From NCBI RefSeq assembly GCF_001194135.2, contig NC_068989.1, forward strand, positions 95,426,972-95,490,971: 64,000 nt of DNA. The letters run 5' to 3'. Below, one piece after another: positions 1-12,168 of this stretch. Below the pieces are notes generated by a model. The model searched no databases, was not told where the DNA came from, and saw only the letters and a list, made by a program, of their open reading frames with translations. Both the position numbers and the translations under genes were made by a program. This DNA is from Octopus bimaculoides (Eukaryota). Position 1 is the stretch's first letter, and every line of letters begins with the position of its first letter.

Positions 1-622
1 CTTTCAGACCATCTGGTAGCCCAGGTTGAGGTGCATAGGCTGAGATGACAGTAGCTAATCTATGATGAAGCACTAGTCTGATCTTAAGTACTCTGTCACT
101 TACTCTAACGACCTCGATTACCTTATCCACCCATTTCTCCGCTAGAAGTATTCCTACGCCCCCGACCCCGTCAGTGTTCCCTGCCCAGAAAATCTTGTAC
201 CTGTGTTCTTTGCCTGTGAGGAACCTTGCAGAACCTCCTCTCCATCTTACTTCCTGGATGCAGCACATATCTACGCATCTCCGTTCAAGCATCTCAACAA
301 TTTCACCAGATCTACCTTTATTTTGTAAAATAGAAGAGTTATTGATAAACATGGGAAGTCAATCGTTTTTCAATTAAACATAATCTGAAGGGTTAACTCT
401 AATCTTTAGGGTTTTGCAGCTTTATTCAGACGAGCAACAAATCTCATATTAGAGAAGAATTACCAGATAAATTTCCCTTCTTTTCCCAAACTGACTGCCT
501 CTCTTTGACTGGGAAACCTTACACGATATAGGAAGAGATGTCTCACTGAACAAGATGTCAAACTTCCAATGACATAGGCAGAGAAAATCCAATGCTTTCC
601 AGCAATGTTTGCTTTCTAACCC

Positions 623-624
<2 letters not shown>

Positions 625-663
<39 letters not shown>
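625..663. repeat. (CA)n microsatellite
   Basis: Direct reading of the perfect dinucleotide run. Confidence 0.95.
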
Positions 664-665
<2 letters not shown>

Positions 666-1489
666 CAGTCACGTTTCCTGTGTGAATGCAAAACCATTTT
701 TTTCTTTTTGTCCATAAGAGACAGCTTGAAAAAGGGTACCTACATGCTAATGTATTCTATTTCAATCTCCTAGTTTTGCTCTTTGAAACTGCATGCCCTG
801 CTTTAGAAACCCAGAGTTCCAGACTCCCAGGCATACACACTTTTCCATTACCCATTAAACAAAAAAAAAAAAAATAATAAATAGATGATAATAAATAAAG
901 TAAAAAATGGAAAGGAAGCAGAAGCTAAACCTTCCGATGTCAACACACAAAAAGGTAAACAACTAAACCAGAGTAACAGAGAACAAAGAATGGAGGAGAA
1001 AAAAAAAGAATAAATAAATATAAAAAAAGGGAAAATGTGATAAAAGGGAGAAGAAGCAAATGCAGTTTGGAAATTTGAACAAATATGAAATGAGTGGAAT
1101 GTAAGAGAGGTCTGTAAATAAAATGTAAGTGAAAGCCTGAGAAGAGAAATGACTGATGCATTTAGTATTGAAAAGAAACAAAATGAAGTCCATGAGAAAA
1201 GTTCTACAGAGTCAAAAGAGTAACTAACCAATAAAAGTTGGTTCTATGTTTGCTGACACTAATATATCTGTGGCAGTTGAAGGAGAGGAATGCGGAGAGA
1301 TTAGGGTCACCAACTCATTAACTCCATGAAATAATCATCATGGATTTCCAGCAAAACTTAATCATTTGTTTTCTGTAAACTATCAACTTTTTACAGCCAG
1401 TTTGCAAATGAGTTATCTGTAAGGAAGGGTGTGTGTGTGTGGATGAGGGGTGGGTGGAGAAGAAGGTAAAATTCTGGCTGTGTGCTTTA

Positions 1490-1660
1490 AAAGTTTGCCT
1501 TATAACCACGTGGTTTCAGGTTCAGTCCTACTGTGTAGTAGTACACTGGACAAGCACTGGGCCACCGAATGCTTTGCAATGTTATAAATAGAAACTGTAC
1601 AAACCAGGTGTGTATCTGTGTGTGTGTGTCGGTCTAACAACCCTCCATGTTTGTTTTCGT
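1490..1660 (+). mobile_element. Degenerate tRNA-derived SINE fragment of the common family seen at 25505-25889
   Basis: accacgtggtttcaggttcagtcctactgtgt...ggacaagcac...gaaactgta...gtgtgt resembles the head and core of the other copies. Confidence 0.6.
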
Positions 1661-1744
1661 TCGGTTTCCTTGTATGTCTCCACTGTCCTGTTTTTGTTCC
1701 CAACTTTGACCCTCCATAAATCCTAAATTTTATTTTAGAATTTA

Positions 1745-2050
1745 TGGGAGCAACTGTCTTTGAAGACTCATGTTGTCACTGAATGCTCGAAATGAGGAGT
1801 AGATAGACAGCGATGTGCATATAGAGCGTTCGTCAATATCAGCATTTTTTTGGCCATCTTGGAAACATCTGAACCCCTTGTACACTTGTGTGTGGCTCAC
1901 AGACTCCTCATATACTTTCTGCAGGCCTCTGAGCAGGTATTGCCATGACAACTTTCTCTGTGATGGTCAATGCGACAATCAAACACTACACAAGTTCCTT
2001 CCAAGCACTACACAAGTTCCTTCCAAGCAGTAGTGAACTGGACTGTTAAA
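1745..2050 (-). mobile_element. Decayed mariner-type transposase N-terminal (HTH) fragment
   Basis: ORF 1742-1951 reads LQKVYEESVSHTQVYKGFRCFQDGQKNADIDERS, resembling the mariner consensus LQ.VYGE..LS...VFEWF.RFK.GRE..EDDERSGRP. Confidence 0.65.
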
Positions 2051-2139
2051 ACTTAGTGGGCATGCACAGCAGAGTTCAAGGGCAACCTTTGCCAAGCAGC
2101 TTCCCCTTGTGCTTTAGCTTTGTTACTATGGCAACAGTG

Positions 2140-2370
2140 TGGATCTTTTTGGCAGAGTTTCTCTAGCTGGGATGCCTTTCCTAACACCAGCCACTTTACA
2201 GAGTGTGCTGGGCGCTGTTTATGTGCCACCGGCATGGGTGTGTCTATGTAGCACTGGAATGAGTGCATTTTATGTGGCACCAGAAATATTGCCAGTAGGC
2301 AGCTACACAAAACCAAGCTCTGTACCTCAGAGATACCAGTCAAATTCTATGTACCACTGCACCAAGCAGT
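2140..2370 (-). mobile_element. RTE LINE 3' UTR fragment
   Basis: ggcagagtttctctagctgggatgcctttcctaacaccagccac...gtgccaccggcat matches the 3' UTR of the copy at 62890-63358. Confidence 0.7.
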
Positions 2371-2887
2371 CAATCACTATATATTAAATTAACTGTGTGT
2401 GTATATATACATGTGTGTATGTGTGTGTATATACATGTGTCTGCATATATATATATATGCATGATGCATATGCATATATTATAGTATATTGTATATATCA
2501 TATTTGTGAATATTATCTATCTATTATCTAAGTATCTACATATATGTGTGTGTATGTGTGGTGTTATATATACATAGGCTACATATATTATAGACAAACA
2601 AAGACGAACAGCCATAAAAAAGACCATTGAATAAACATGCAAACATGAAAATTACTTTAGAGATTTAGGATTCAATTATATTTTGGTTTTCTATTTACAA
2701 GATTTACGACAAGCATATATAATCTTAGCATTATATGTTGGAGGAATGGCACATCACAATTCAAGTCTTAACTATTTTCTACCTTAAATTCATCTCTCAC
2801 AGGAAATTGTGAAGTATAAATTGTTACTACATTAAATTAATGTAATATCTCTTATTATAATAAAAACAACAAACATTTATTTATAAT

Positions 2888-3313
2888 CTGTAGCTGTATT
2901 ACATCTTAATGCATTAACTGCTGCAGTACTTTTCCACGCATTAGCTGTTGCAGTGCATTTCACTGCATTCAGCTGCTCCAGTATATGTCACTGTGTTAAA
3001 CTGTTGCAGTAGATTCACTTGCTTTAAATTGTAGCACTTTATCTCACTGCATTAAATTGTAGTAATATATCTCACTGCATTAAACTGCTACAAAGTATCT
3101 CACAGCATTAAACAGTAACAGTTATATCCCACTGCAATAAACCTTGGTATTATATAACACTGCATAAAACTGCAGCCGTATATTCCAGTGCATTAAACTG
3201 TAGCATGCACCTCGTTGCAGTGTATTCCACAGCATTAAAATGTATGAAACTGTAGCAACGTATTCCAGCACATTAAACTATGGCTGTGTATTTCACTGCA
3301 TCACCCATTAAAC
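2888..3313. repeat. Degenerate ~28-bp minisatellite, approximate consensus GCATTAAACTGTAGCAGTATATCTCACT, about 14 units
   Basis: Repeated gcattaaactgt(a/t)gcagt...cact units read directly, contiguous with no spacers. Confidence 0.85.
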
Positions 3314-5727
3314 CTCAAACCAAATGTCTTACTGTATCATTACCAATTTCTGATTGCTTACCGTTTGCAATATCAACCAATGTTTTATTTCTTATAATAG
3401 AATCCACCTCAGCAATCCATTAAGACTTCAGTCCAATCTTCATTAGAAATGATCTCTCAATTACTTTTTGTTAAACAAATCATTGACTGTTATCCATCTC
3501 TAGTATATAACAGCGATTATCAACACTAATTGCAAGACATAATAATAATAATAATAATAATAATAATATCAATGCTAGTTTGCTTGTTCACACAACTGTT
3601 AAATAGCTCCCCATTATCGTTTGAGAGGTTTGTTTCCTTGTCGTTTGTTTCCTGTCTTTATTTCATTGTTCCCATTGATGAAATCACCCAAAGACCTGCC
3701 AGACAATAATGTTCTATAACACTAGTGATTAACATTGCCAGCTGGTTCCTTCTCACTCAAGAGCAACAAAGCTATTAGCACTACTACACACACACAAAAA
3801 AGAAAACAAAAAGAAAAACACACACAAAAAAAAAGAAAACAAAAAGAAAAACACACACAAAAAAAAAACTGTGTAGCAAAAATATTTATCTGACACTAAG
3901 TACTTAATAAAATTCGTTTATGAGTGTCATTCAATTATTGTTATGTTAATTTGGTTCCTGGTATTTCTCAACCAATTTACCATCTGCTGTTTTTATAGGC
4001 AACTTTTGCATTGTTTTTTGCTTATCACAAAATTCCGAGAATGAAAGGCACTATACATAACAGGGGCTGAGGGATTAGCAAAGCACCAGTCAAAATACCT
4101 AGTGGTATTAGGTTATTATATCCTGTTGGAACAGGTTGATATGTTTAATTTCAGTGATGAGAGAAGAATCTAATGTTTCCTACCTTTTACATAATCTGAC
4201 AGTAGTGGGGGGAGGAGAGAGAGAGAGAGAGGGAAAGAAGAGAAGGAGAGAAGGAGAGAGAGTGGTGGTGTCACTTGGGTTGACATCATCACCAATTTCA
4301 TTGGATTTCAGACTTTATGCTCCTTTATGTTCTAAGTTCAAATCCCATTCGAGTCCGTTGGGGTTTATGGGTCAACCAGCACAGCATCTGTTCAATGATG
4401 CAAACCCATAAGAGACCAAAAGGATCATATCATCCATGGCCAGCGGTTTTGGAATAAGAAGATCGAAATGGAATCAATAAGATTGGGTTCTCTTCACATA
4501 ATACTTCAAACTGGTAGTTGATGCTCTGAGCGGAAACGGAAGACATTCCATTCGCAAACCAGAAAAGAAGCAAAGAATGTAAGAGTTGCTCTTGTAATTG
4601 TTTAACCCCCAGCTCAACCTTATTGAGAAAACTTATGATGAAAGCCATTCCAACTGCAATCATTCCATTTTACCCTAAACAGTGAGTAAAATCTAATGTG
4701 TACTTCCTTTTTTTAGATAATAGGATGTGATTTGAGGGCTGAGAGACTGATATTTCTAGCAGGTTTAATGATCATATAGAGGTTTGCTGCTTGTGTCAGA
4801 GTGGATGTGTAAGGTAGAATTATTATTGTATAAAGTGAAAGATATAATGTTTGATTTAGGAATTAGGTAACAAAACCCACAATAAGGATGAAGATATGCA
4901 AGAATATAGGTACAACTATAAATGTAATCTGATTCAAGGAAAACGGGGAGAAGGGAATTGGTAATTTTCTGGAAAAAAAAAAGTAGGAACCATTATAGCT
5001 GCATTAGAATAAGTTGGGAGAATACAAGACAATGATAAGCTTTGATAAGGTTTCCAAGAAAGGAGAATCTATCAATCAGATAGGTGGGATTTCCTTCATG
5101 TAGTGTAAGATGTCAGTGATTAGAGGGTGCATTGTCAGATATTTATATAAGCAGTACACTATAATAGAGTAAATTGTTTGGGGCTTGTCGAAATGAAAGT
5201 GGAAGTATTTCTTTGAAGTCAAAGCAAATTCAAGTTTCCTTCATGTAATTTTAGCAATATTCAGATTATGAAGCATACAAGAAAGATCATTGAAGATTGT
5301 GAGTTTAAGATTCTATGCTTGGAATTGTTCCTGAGAAGTGAGCGTAGTATGGCAGAGTTATTCTTGCTTGAAATAAGTAATATCAGAATTTTGGTGTTAA
5401 TTTATCAATTCTTAATTGACTGATACGATAAGAGATACTTAGCAAGAGCAGCTAATAGCTGGGGTTTGAACAATGAGTTAAAAGTAGAATTCAAGATTTA
5501 TGTTATTTTTCACTGCAAATACATATATGAGATTAGCAGTGCTTATCAAGAGATCAGTTACAGAGAGGACAAAAAGAAGAAGAAATGAGGAAATCTTAGA
5601 AGGCACTGGAATTTGATGCGCTGAAGGGTGCAAGGAATTTAAGTAAATAAATATAGTAATTTCTGAATCTCTCTGACTTTTCTGCAACTAAGTAGTAGTA
5701 GTGATGATGATGATGATGATGATAATT

Positions 5728-5818
5728 GCATGGCTCTGTCAGTAGAGTATCAGACTTTTGTGGAGAGTGTACTGGAGAAATCTGAGGGCTGCAGGTTCAA
5801 ATCCCACTGTGGGTATGA
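5728..5818 (+). pseudogene. tRNA-Lys(TTT)-derived sequence with a 19-nt insertion at the canonical 37/38 intron position; probable SINE or LINE head
   Basis: tggctctgtcagtagagtatcagactttt g [tggagagtgtactggagaa] atctgagggctgcaggttcaaatccc aligns to eukaryotic tRNA-Lys TAGCTCAGTCGGTAGAGCATCAGACTTTTAATCTGAGGGTCCAGGGTTCAAGTCCC. Anticodon stem TCAGA/TCTGA is intact, TTT at 5757-5759; acceptor and T stems are damaged. Confidence 0.72.
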
Positions 5819-5941
5819 AAACACATTTTCTCACAGACCCAACCAGAACGAGTAAGACTGAGAGCTCTGAGAAGTGAAATAATATAATAATGATAATAAT
5901 AATAAAAATAACAATAAGAAGAAGAAGAGGGAGGAGGAGGA

Positions 5942-7583
5942 GGAAGAAGAAGAAGAAGGAAATGGACAAGTGAAGTGAACAGGGTAATGATGCAGTGCTA
6001 CTTGGAAATTGAATCTGAAATTAGGGGTTACAGAAAACGAATGTTAACACTTTGGGTAAAAAGGGGATGTTTGAAGTAACAGAACAGAGACATGTGGACG
6101 AGGCTAATGTAATAAGGAGGAAAAAGTGAATGACAAGTTGGAGGCAGAAGGGATCACAAGAGAACTAAAAAAGAAAGAAACCAAGAAGTAGACCAATGAA
6201 AAATAATGGAATCACTGAGCAGGATGGGAAAATTGACATCAGTGAGTTAAGTGAGGAAGATCAGAAGATTTTAGATGAGTCGAAGGAAGTGATGAGTGAG
6301 GAAGAAAGAAAAGATTAACAGCATTAAAAAATGCTGATAGAAGGAAGTTGCTAGATATGACTAACAAAGTAGATTTTGTTATCAGTAGGAGAGGTACTAA
6401 AAAATATAGGTGACACTAACTTATTGATATTTATGTGGGAGGGGTAGTAGTTATTAGGGGATGAGGCATTTCTCAAGGAAAGAATGGGGATGAGCAGATA
6501 TGGGAAGGGAGGTAAGAAAGTAAAGTGAAGGCTTTAAGACAAGATATGAATAGAAGAGAAGCCTGGGAACAGGAGATGTTAGGAAACACAAGGATTAAAT
6601 GTTCTGCTGAGAAAAAAGACTTAGTCAAAGAGAAAAGTTTTGAGACAGTAATGGAAAAGCGGAAACAGCATATCATAGCAAAAACAGGTGAGTTTTCTAG
6701 ATATCAGAAAAGAATAGATCAGTATCAACAAAAGAGATTGTTTGAGGCAGACCAGAAATTTTATTGCCAAATAAAGTGTGCAGAAGAAACTACTGAAGAT
6801 GGGAAACCTAACACAGAAGAAACTAGAGAGTTCTGGAGTGATATTTAGGATAAGCCAGTTAATCGTAATAGAGGTGCAGCATGATTAAAGAAAGTGAGGG
6901 AAGAAATAGTTAGTGAGAAGCAGCCAGGTCTAAAACTAACAAATGCATTAATGAGTAAAGTATAAGGAAGAATGCTGAGCAGGAAGGGTACAGGACCAGA
7001 TTCAATTCAAGGGTACGAGTTAAAGAAATTTAGGATCTTACATGGGATACAGAAGGAACAACTTCAGGATTGCCTTAATGGATTAATAATACCTGATTGG
7101 ATGAATAGAGGGAAAACAGTGCTCGTTACGAAAGTCAAAAGCAAGGGCAATATAGCTGGTAATTATAGACTAATCACTTGCTTAGCATTAGTGTGGGAAG
7201 CTATTAATAGGAATGCTCTCAGAATGTATTTACGAGCACCATGATAACCAGAATTCACTTCCGGAAGAACAGAAAGGTTTCAGGAAGAAGGTAAGAGGAA
7301 TGCATAATCTATTATACATAGACAAAGCAGTCCTAAAAGAAGTGAAAGAAAAATTTAACAATAGCATGGATAGATTAGGACATGATTCCACACTCATAGG
7401 TGAGTGAATGTTTGAGAATATCCAGTAGAGGAGACAACATCAGAGAGTTAATTAGCTTTGGCATGAGGAAATGGAAAGTAGACCTCTACTCAAGTAATAC
7501 AGACTTAGGGAAAGTTAACATCAAGAGAGGAATTTTCCAGGGAGACTTGTTATCTCCTTTAATATTCGTGTAATGTTTCATTC
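5942..7583 (+). mobile_element. R4/Dong-clade non-LTR retrotransposon, decayed N-terminal domain plus partial RT
   Basis: Frame-broken peptides RRRKWTSEVNRVMMQCYLE...RGYRKRMLTLW...FEVTEQR, RYQKRIDQYQQKRLFEADQKFY, EETREFWSDI, KGTGPDSIQGY, NYRLITCL, LPEEQKG and VNIKRGIFQGDLLSPLIF, characteristic of R4/Dong ORFs. Confidence 0.88.
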
Positions 7584-7594
7584 AGTTCAATAGG

Positions 7595-7670
7595 AGTTGG
7601 TAAGCCAGAGAACTGCACCAAGTTCCAATGTCTGCTTTGGCACAATTTCTATGGCTGGATGCCTTTGTTT
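7595..7670 (-). mobile_element. Short RTE 3' UTR fragment
   Basis: gccagagaactgcaccaagttccaatgtctgctttggcacaatttctatggctggatgcc matches other RTE 3' ends in the window. Confidence 0.6.
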
Positions 7671-9325
7671 TTCAAATCAATTTTGAATATCTAAAAGTGA
7701 AAATAGCTTCTTTTTTGGTTTTGTTGCTTTTAATCTGTAAAAATCATAAATATGGTTTAATACTGATTCTAAAAGAGTCAAGTATTAACAGCTTAAAAGA
7801 GCAAAGCTGTCTTGTAATGCATTTAATTTATTTCATTCCCTTCACAAAACTCAACAGCAAAACCTCTCAGAAACAACACTTGATTTATTAGTTACTCTTG
7901 TTGAGATTCTCTTGACTGAAGTGCAAGAGTTAACAAGAAAAGTAGAATTTGATTCTCTGTATCATCGTTTTATATGTTGATGATACATTACAGTTCGGCA
8001 GCTGATGTATTGTGGCTTAGTAGCACATTACAGAGAGAGAGATATTAAGATTCTCTTATAACTGATCTTCACTGGCTTTTTACTGTTTTATAACCAGCCT
8101 AAAGAAAGCATTCATCTGTGAAACGTCTATGGCTTAAATTGCACAGACCTTGAGTTCACATGATACAGTTGCTATGGAGACAGCTATGGCTACACAAAAA
8201 CTGCTTAAGCCAAGCAAGAATAATAAAAAAAACAAAAAACATATTAAATGACATGGCGGCAGTCAGTTTTAATGACTCTGAAGAGATGATTAAAAGTCAT
8301 TAGGGTGACCATAATTTCATTTAGCAGTTTGTTTTATGAAGCTTGTATCAGTTAGACTAAACTAATAGATAAATAGCTAAATAAGTTAATTAGTTGAAAC
8401 TTCCTGACAAATGACTGAACATTTCTTTCTCCAGTGCTTAACAGCCTCAGCCTGCAGATACACATATTTCAAGTATCATTGATGATGATAATTTCATTGC
8501 ATATCCTTTCTTGTAAATGAATTTTAGTGAAGACAGGCACAGACGCACAGACTAATGGGGAAAAGCTATCCGACAATGAAAGAACTGCCACTAAATAAAT
8601 CAACAAATCGAAAGAAAAGAATGGAAAAAATTACTCATTCATACATACAAAACTGTAGTTGCATGCACAGCTATATGTTTCTAGTGCGTGCGCACGTACA
8701 CACACATTAACAGGTGAATTTTTGTGTTTACAAACGAAAACAAAAGTAATTGATACAGGCAGGGAGTTGATTTTGTTAGAAGCTTCAGCTTCATACACAC
8801 ACACACAAACACAATAAATTCCCAAAGGCAAGCAGAGACACAAAACATATTGTATGTGTGTATATGTATGTATAATATTAATGATCTCAGTGTACAAGGG
8901 GATACCCAAAAGAAACTGCGATTTTGCAGTATTATTTTATTCACCTAGTTTTTCATGTTTATACTTTTACTGCTTTCAAAAGTATTCACCATTTGAAGCA
9001 ATGGATCGGTCCAGACTGTTTTTGATCTTCCATGAGCAGGTGAGGCACAAATTTTGCTACAACTCTTTTCATTTGCAATTCCTTGCTGAAAACTTGGTGG
9101 CAGGAGCTCCAGGACACACCAGTCATAGCAACAAGTTCATCAATTTTACAAAAAAAGAAAGCTCAAAAAAAAAAAGCCCAGAAGTCAGAGATAAATGAAG
9201 GAACAACAAACATGGTGTATTAGTTTGACCTCAAGAAAAAATGGAAGCATCTTTGATATTTTGAGCTTATGATCTTCTAAGAAAAGCGATGAAGAGAGAA
9301 AATAGATTGAGAAGGGGGGGGGGGA

Positions 9326-9530
9326 CTGATAAAAAATGTGCCTAGATTAACAGTTGCAGATGTTGACTGGAAGGAAGGAAGTGGTTAGAGACAAGAGTGG
9401 GAAGGGAATCTTTGGGGATGAGGCTGAGGTGAAAGCAGAATCTGAGGAAGGAGAGTGGGTGAGAGAAATGGGTCTTTTGAAAATGTTTAGGGATAGGTTG
9501 AGAGAGGCTGGAAGCAGGAGATTGGTAAAG
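9326..9530 (-). mobile_element. Possible Penelope-like element fragment
   Basis: Minus-strand peptide [24 protein letters not shown] loosely resembles the H..FL..C..L.LIPKG motif of Penelope-type N-termini; weak. Confidence 0.3.
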
Positions 9531-9549
9531 TGACACACACACATATATC

Positions 9550-9558
<9 letters not shown>

Positions 9559-9634
<76 letters not shown>
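9559..9634. repeat. (TA)n microsatellite abutting an RTE (CAT)n tail
   Basis: Direct reading. Confidence 0.95.
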
Positions 9635-9636
<2 letters not shown>

Positions 9637-9863
9637 TCATCATCATCATCATCATCATCATCGTTTAACATCCGTTTTCCATGCTGACATGAGTTGGACG
9701 GTTTGAGTGAGGTCTGGAGAGCCAGGGGGCTGCACCAGGCTCCAACCTCATCTGGCAATGTTTCTACAGCTGGATGCCCTTCCTAATGCCAACCACTCCG
9801 AGAGTATAGTGTGTGCTTTTTTCGTGCCACTGGCATGGGAACCAGTCAGGTTTACCTGGCATT
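9635..9863 (-). mobile_element. RTE LINE extreme 3' end with (GAT)n tail
   Basis: (cat)n-cgtttaacatccgttttccatgctgacatgagttggacggtttg... is the reverse complement of the family 3' terminus. Confidence 0.85.
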
Positions 9864-10822
9864 GACCACATAGTCAAGCAGACCTCACAAATCCCTTCAG
9901 GTAGATGACACTGCTCGATCTGCAGAAAAACATAGGTAGAAATCCTATTAACAAGCACCTGATGTAAGCTTTGGACACATAAAAGGTGTAGCAATATCAG
10001 AGGAAGGTTAACAGGGAAACTAGCTTTTGAATGTGGAAGATGTACAGGTACAATAAAATGTGCAGAAAATAGACTCCATCAGCTGCCAGTGGGGCAAGCT
10101 AGAAGTAATAGATAGCTTCTGTTATCTAAGTGACCAAGTTAGTAGTGGAGGTGAATGCTCCAAGAACATAGCTATGAGAATAAGATTAGGCTGGGCAAAA
10201 TTCAGAGAGCCCCTACGTCTGCTGACAACAAAGGGCCTCTCTCTCAGAGTGAAAGGCAGATTGTATAATGCCTGTAAGCAAATAGCTATGCTACATGGCA
10301 GTGAAACATGGGCTGTGACAGCCGAGGAGATGTGTAGGCTTGAAAGACATGAAGCCAGTATGCTTCACTGGATGTGCATGTTTGACAGTGTAAGCATCTT
10401 GAGAGAAAAGTTAGGCATAAGAGGCATCAGATGTGGAGTGCAAGAGAGACGACTGTGCTGGTATGGTCATGTGATGTGTGTGGATGAGGACAGCTGTGTA
10501 AAGAAATGCAAATCTCTAACTGCGGAGGGAACCTGTGGTAGAGATAGACCCAGGAAGACATGGGACAAGGTGGTGAAGCATGATCTTCAAACTCTGAGCC
10601 TCACAGAGGCAATGACTAGTGACCAAGATCTTTGGCAATATACTGTGCTTGAGAAGACCCGTCAAGCCAAGTGAAATCGTAGTCATTGCCAATGCTGGTG
10701 TCACACAACTGGCACTCATGCCAGTGGCATGTAAAAGGCACCTTTCAAGTGTTGGGCCTCACAGAGGCAAAGAAGCTTAGTTTATTTTGAGCATTGGGCC
10801 TCATGGAGGCAAAGTAGCTGAG
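9864..10822 (+). mobile_element. RTE LINE fragment: PHD-like finger, RT thumb/C-terminus, stop codon and part of the 3' UTR
   Basis: ORF 10060-10674 has LEVIDSFCYLSD, RIRLGWAKFRE, LHGSETWAV, RRLCWYGHV and RGRPRKTW-like RDRPRKTW motifs typical of RTE C-termini; upstream CSIC...CKLWTHKRC...CGRC. Confidence 0.9.
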
Positions 10823-11039
10823 TTATACACAAAACAAGCATACACTCATTCAACTACTCAAAACTGATGTCTAATTTTGTTGCTACTCCAACTTTCACGT
10901 TTGCCAATGTATTTACTACTGAGTCTTATGTTTTGTGATTTATCAGTAATTGAGAGAAAATTCCAGGCTTGATAAATAGCAAAACCTAGAATCAAGAGGT
11001 TATATAATAAACTTAGCAAAGACTAAGGTTTTAATAAGT

Positions 11040-11437
11040 AGGAAAGTAGACTAGACACTGGTAAATTGAAAGATATAGCCTTGCTTGATATGCAGAAAAG
11101 TTGTAGTTATAAAATCCATGCATTGTACCCAGGTAAGCTATGAACACAGGCAGACTAACAGAGAATGCAAGCTTTGTATGTGATAGGTGCATTGGAGCAG
11201 TATGCACAGTGAGCACACTGGAAATTGATTTTCTTAAATGCCCCTGGATATCTCAAGAAATAGTTGATAGCTTTTCTTATTGGTGAGATGTAATTAGCAT
11301 GAGAGGTGATTGATCTGAAAGTATAGTAGCCAGAGTAAGAACAGAATGGAGAAAGATGACGGAGCTACGAACACAGTTGGCAACAAAAGAATTTTCCTTT
11401 AGAGTAAAGGGCAGACTGCATGATGCTTGCGTTAGAA
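11040..11437 (+). mobile_element. Older RTE fragment of the same PHD-containing family
   Basis: Degenerate ...gtacccaggtaagctatgaacac...tgtatgtgataggtgcattggagca...agagtaaagggcagactgcatgatgcttgcgttaga, collinear with 9900-10280. Confidence 0.75.
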
Positions 11438-11622
11438 CTAAATTTATTCAGCTATAACTCTTTCCATAACTTTCATGACCTGGTCCAGCAATTTGATATT
11501 TCTATAATTATTTCTATCTAAGGCATCTCTTTCACTCTTGCAGCAGTTGACAATAATGTTGCTACACCTGTTGTTGTGTATGACATCTTCCTGTACAGTC
11601 TACACATATATATATATATACA

Positions 11623-11990
11623 CAGGGGTTGGACAAAATAATGGAAACACCAAGCATCACAATTTTGAAATATCTATAAAACTATCAAAAGATTGTTTAT
11701 TTTTATGTTTTTTTGATTTATTATTAGTATTGCTTAATATGTTTTGTTAAAATTTCTGTTTCTTTTCAGATACCATCAGAAAAAGGTAATTAAAATTCAT
11801 CAAAATGACAGATCTATTGGACTTTCAAAGAGGCCAAATTGTTGGTGCTCATATGGCAGGTGCTAGCGTAACGAAAACAGCCGAAATGTTTGGTGTATCA
11901 AGAAGTAGTGTCTCGAAAGTAATGACAACCTTTGAGAATGAGAACATTACTCCATTACAAAAGACCATAATCATCAGATGAATTGTAACG
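11623..11990 (+). mobile_element. Tc1-like DNA transposon 5' end (TIR plus N-terminal HTH)
   Basis: CAGGGGTTGGACAAAATAATGGAAACACC follows a TA run; from 11805 reads MTDLLDFQRGQIVGAHMAGASVTKTAEMFGVSRSSVSKVM, a Tc1-type paired-like HTH. Confidence 0.82.
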
Positions 11991-12148
11991 TTACAAAGAA
12001 AAGAATATCCCAAGGATACAGCAGGGATGTGGCTGAAGTCTGTTGGAGCCAACAATGAAATGGGGGGGATGACCAACAAAGTTAGTTGTTGAGGTTAAGG
12101 ATACAGTTCTTGAAAGAGTGTGATATGATGTCTAAGGTCACTAACCGG

Positions 12149-12168
12149 NNNNNNNNNNNNNNNNNNNN
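12149..12168. other. Assembly gap (20 N)
   Basis: N run. Confidence 1.

Noticed and set aside
2888-3313. CRISPR-like array
   Set aside because: Units are contiguous and degenerate with no unique spacers, the context is eukaryotic, and no cas genes are present.
4700-5690. Purine-rich stretch resembling a decayed LINE (similar stretches at 34020-34700, 35475-35720 and 52600-53450)
   Set aside because: No recognisable peptide motif in the frames I read.
5728-5818. Functional tRNA-Lys gene
   Set aside because: The first acceptor-stem bases are missing, the T stem has two mismatches and position 37 is G; treated as a pseudogene or repeat head.
8470-8620. Candidate next RXYLT1 exon: strong minus-strand acceptor at 8591-8592 followed by TGG CAG (W-Q)
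   Set aside because: The phase does not fit the phase-2 donor, the fitting frame and the W-Q frame both stop within 13 codons, and there is no further TMEM5 similarity.
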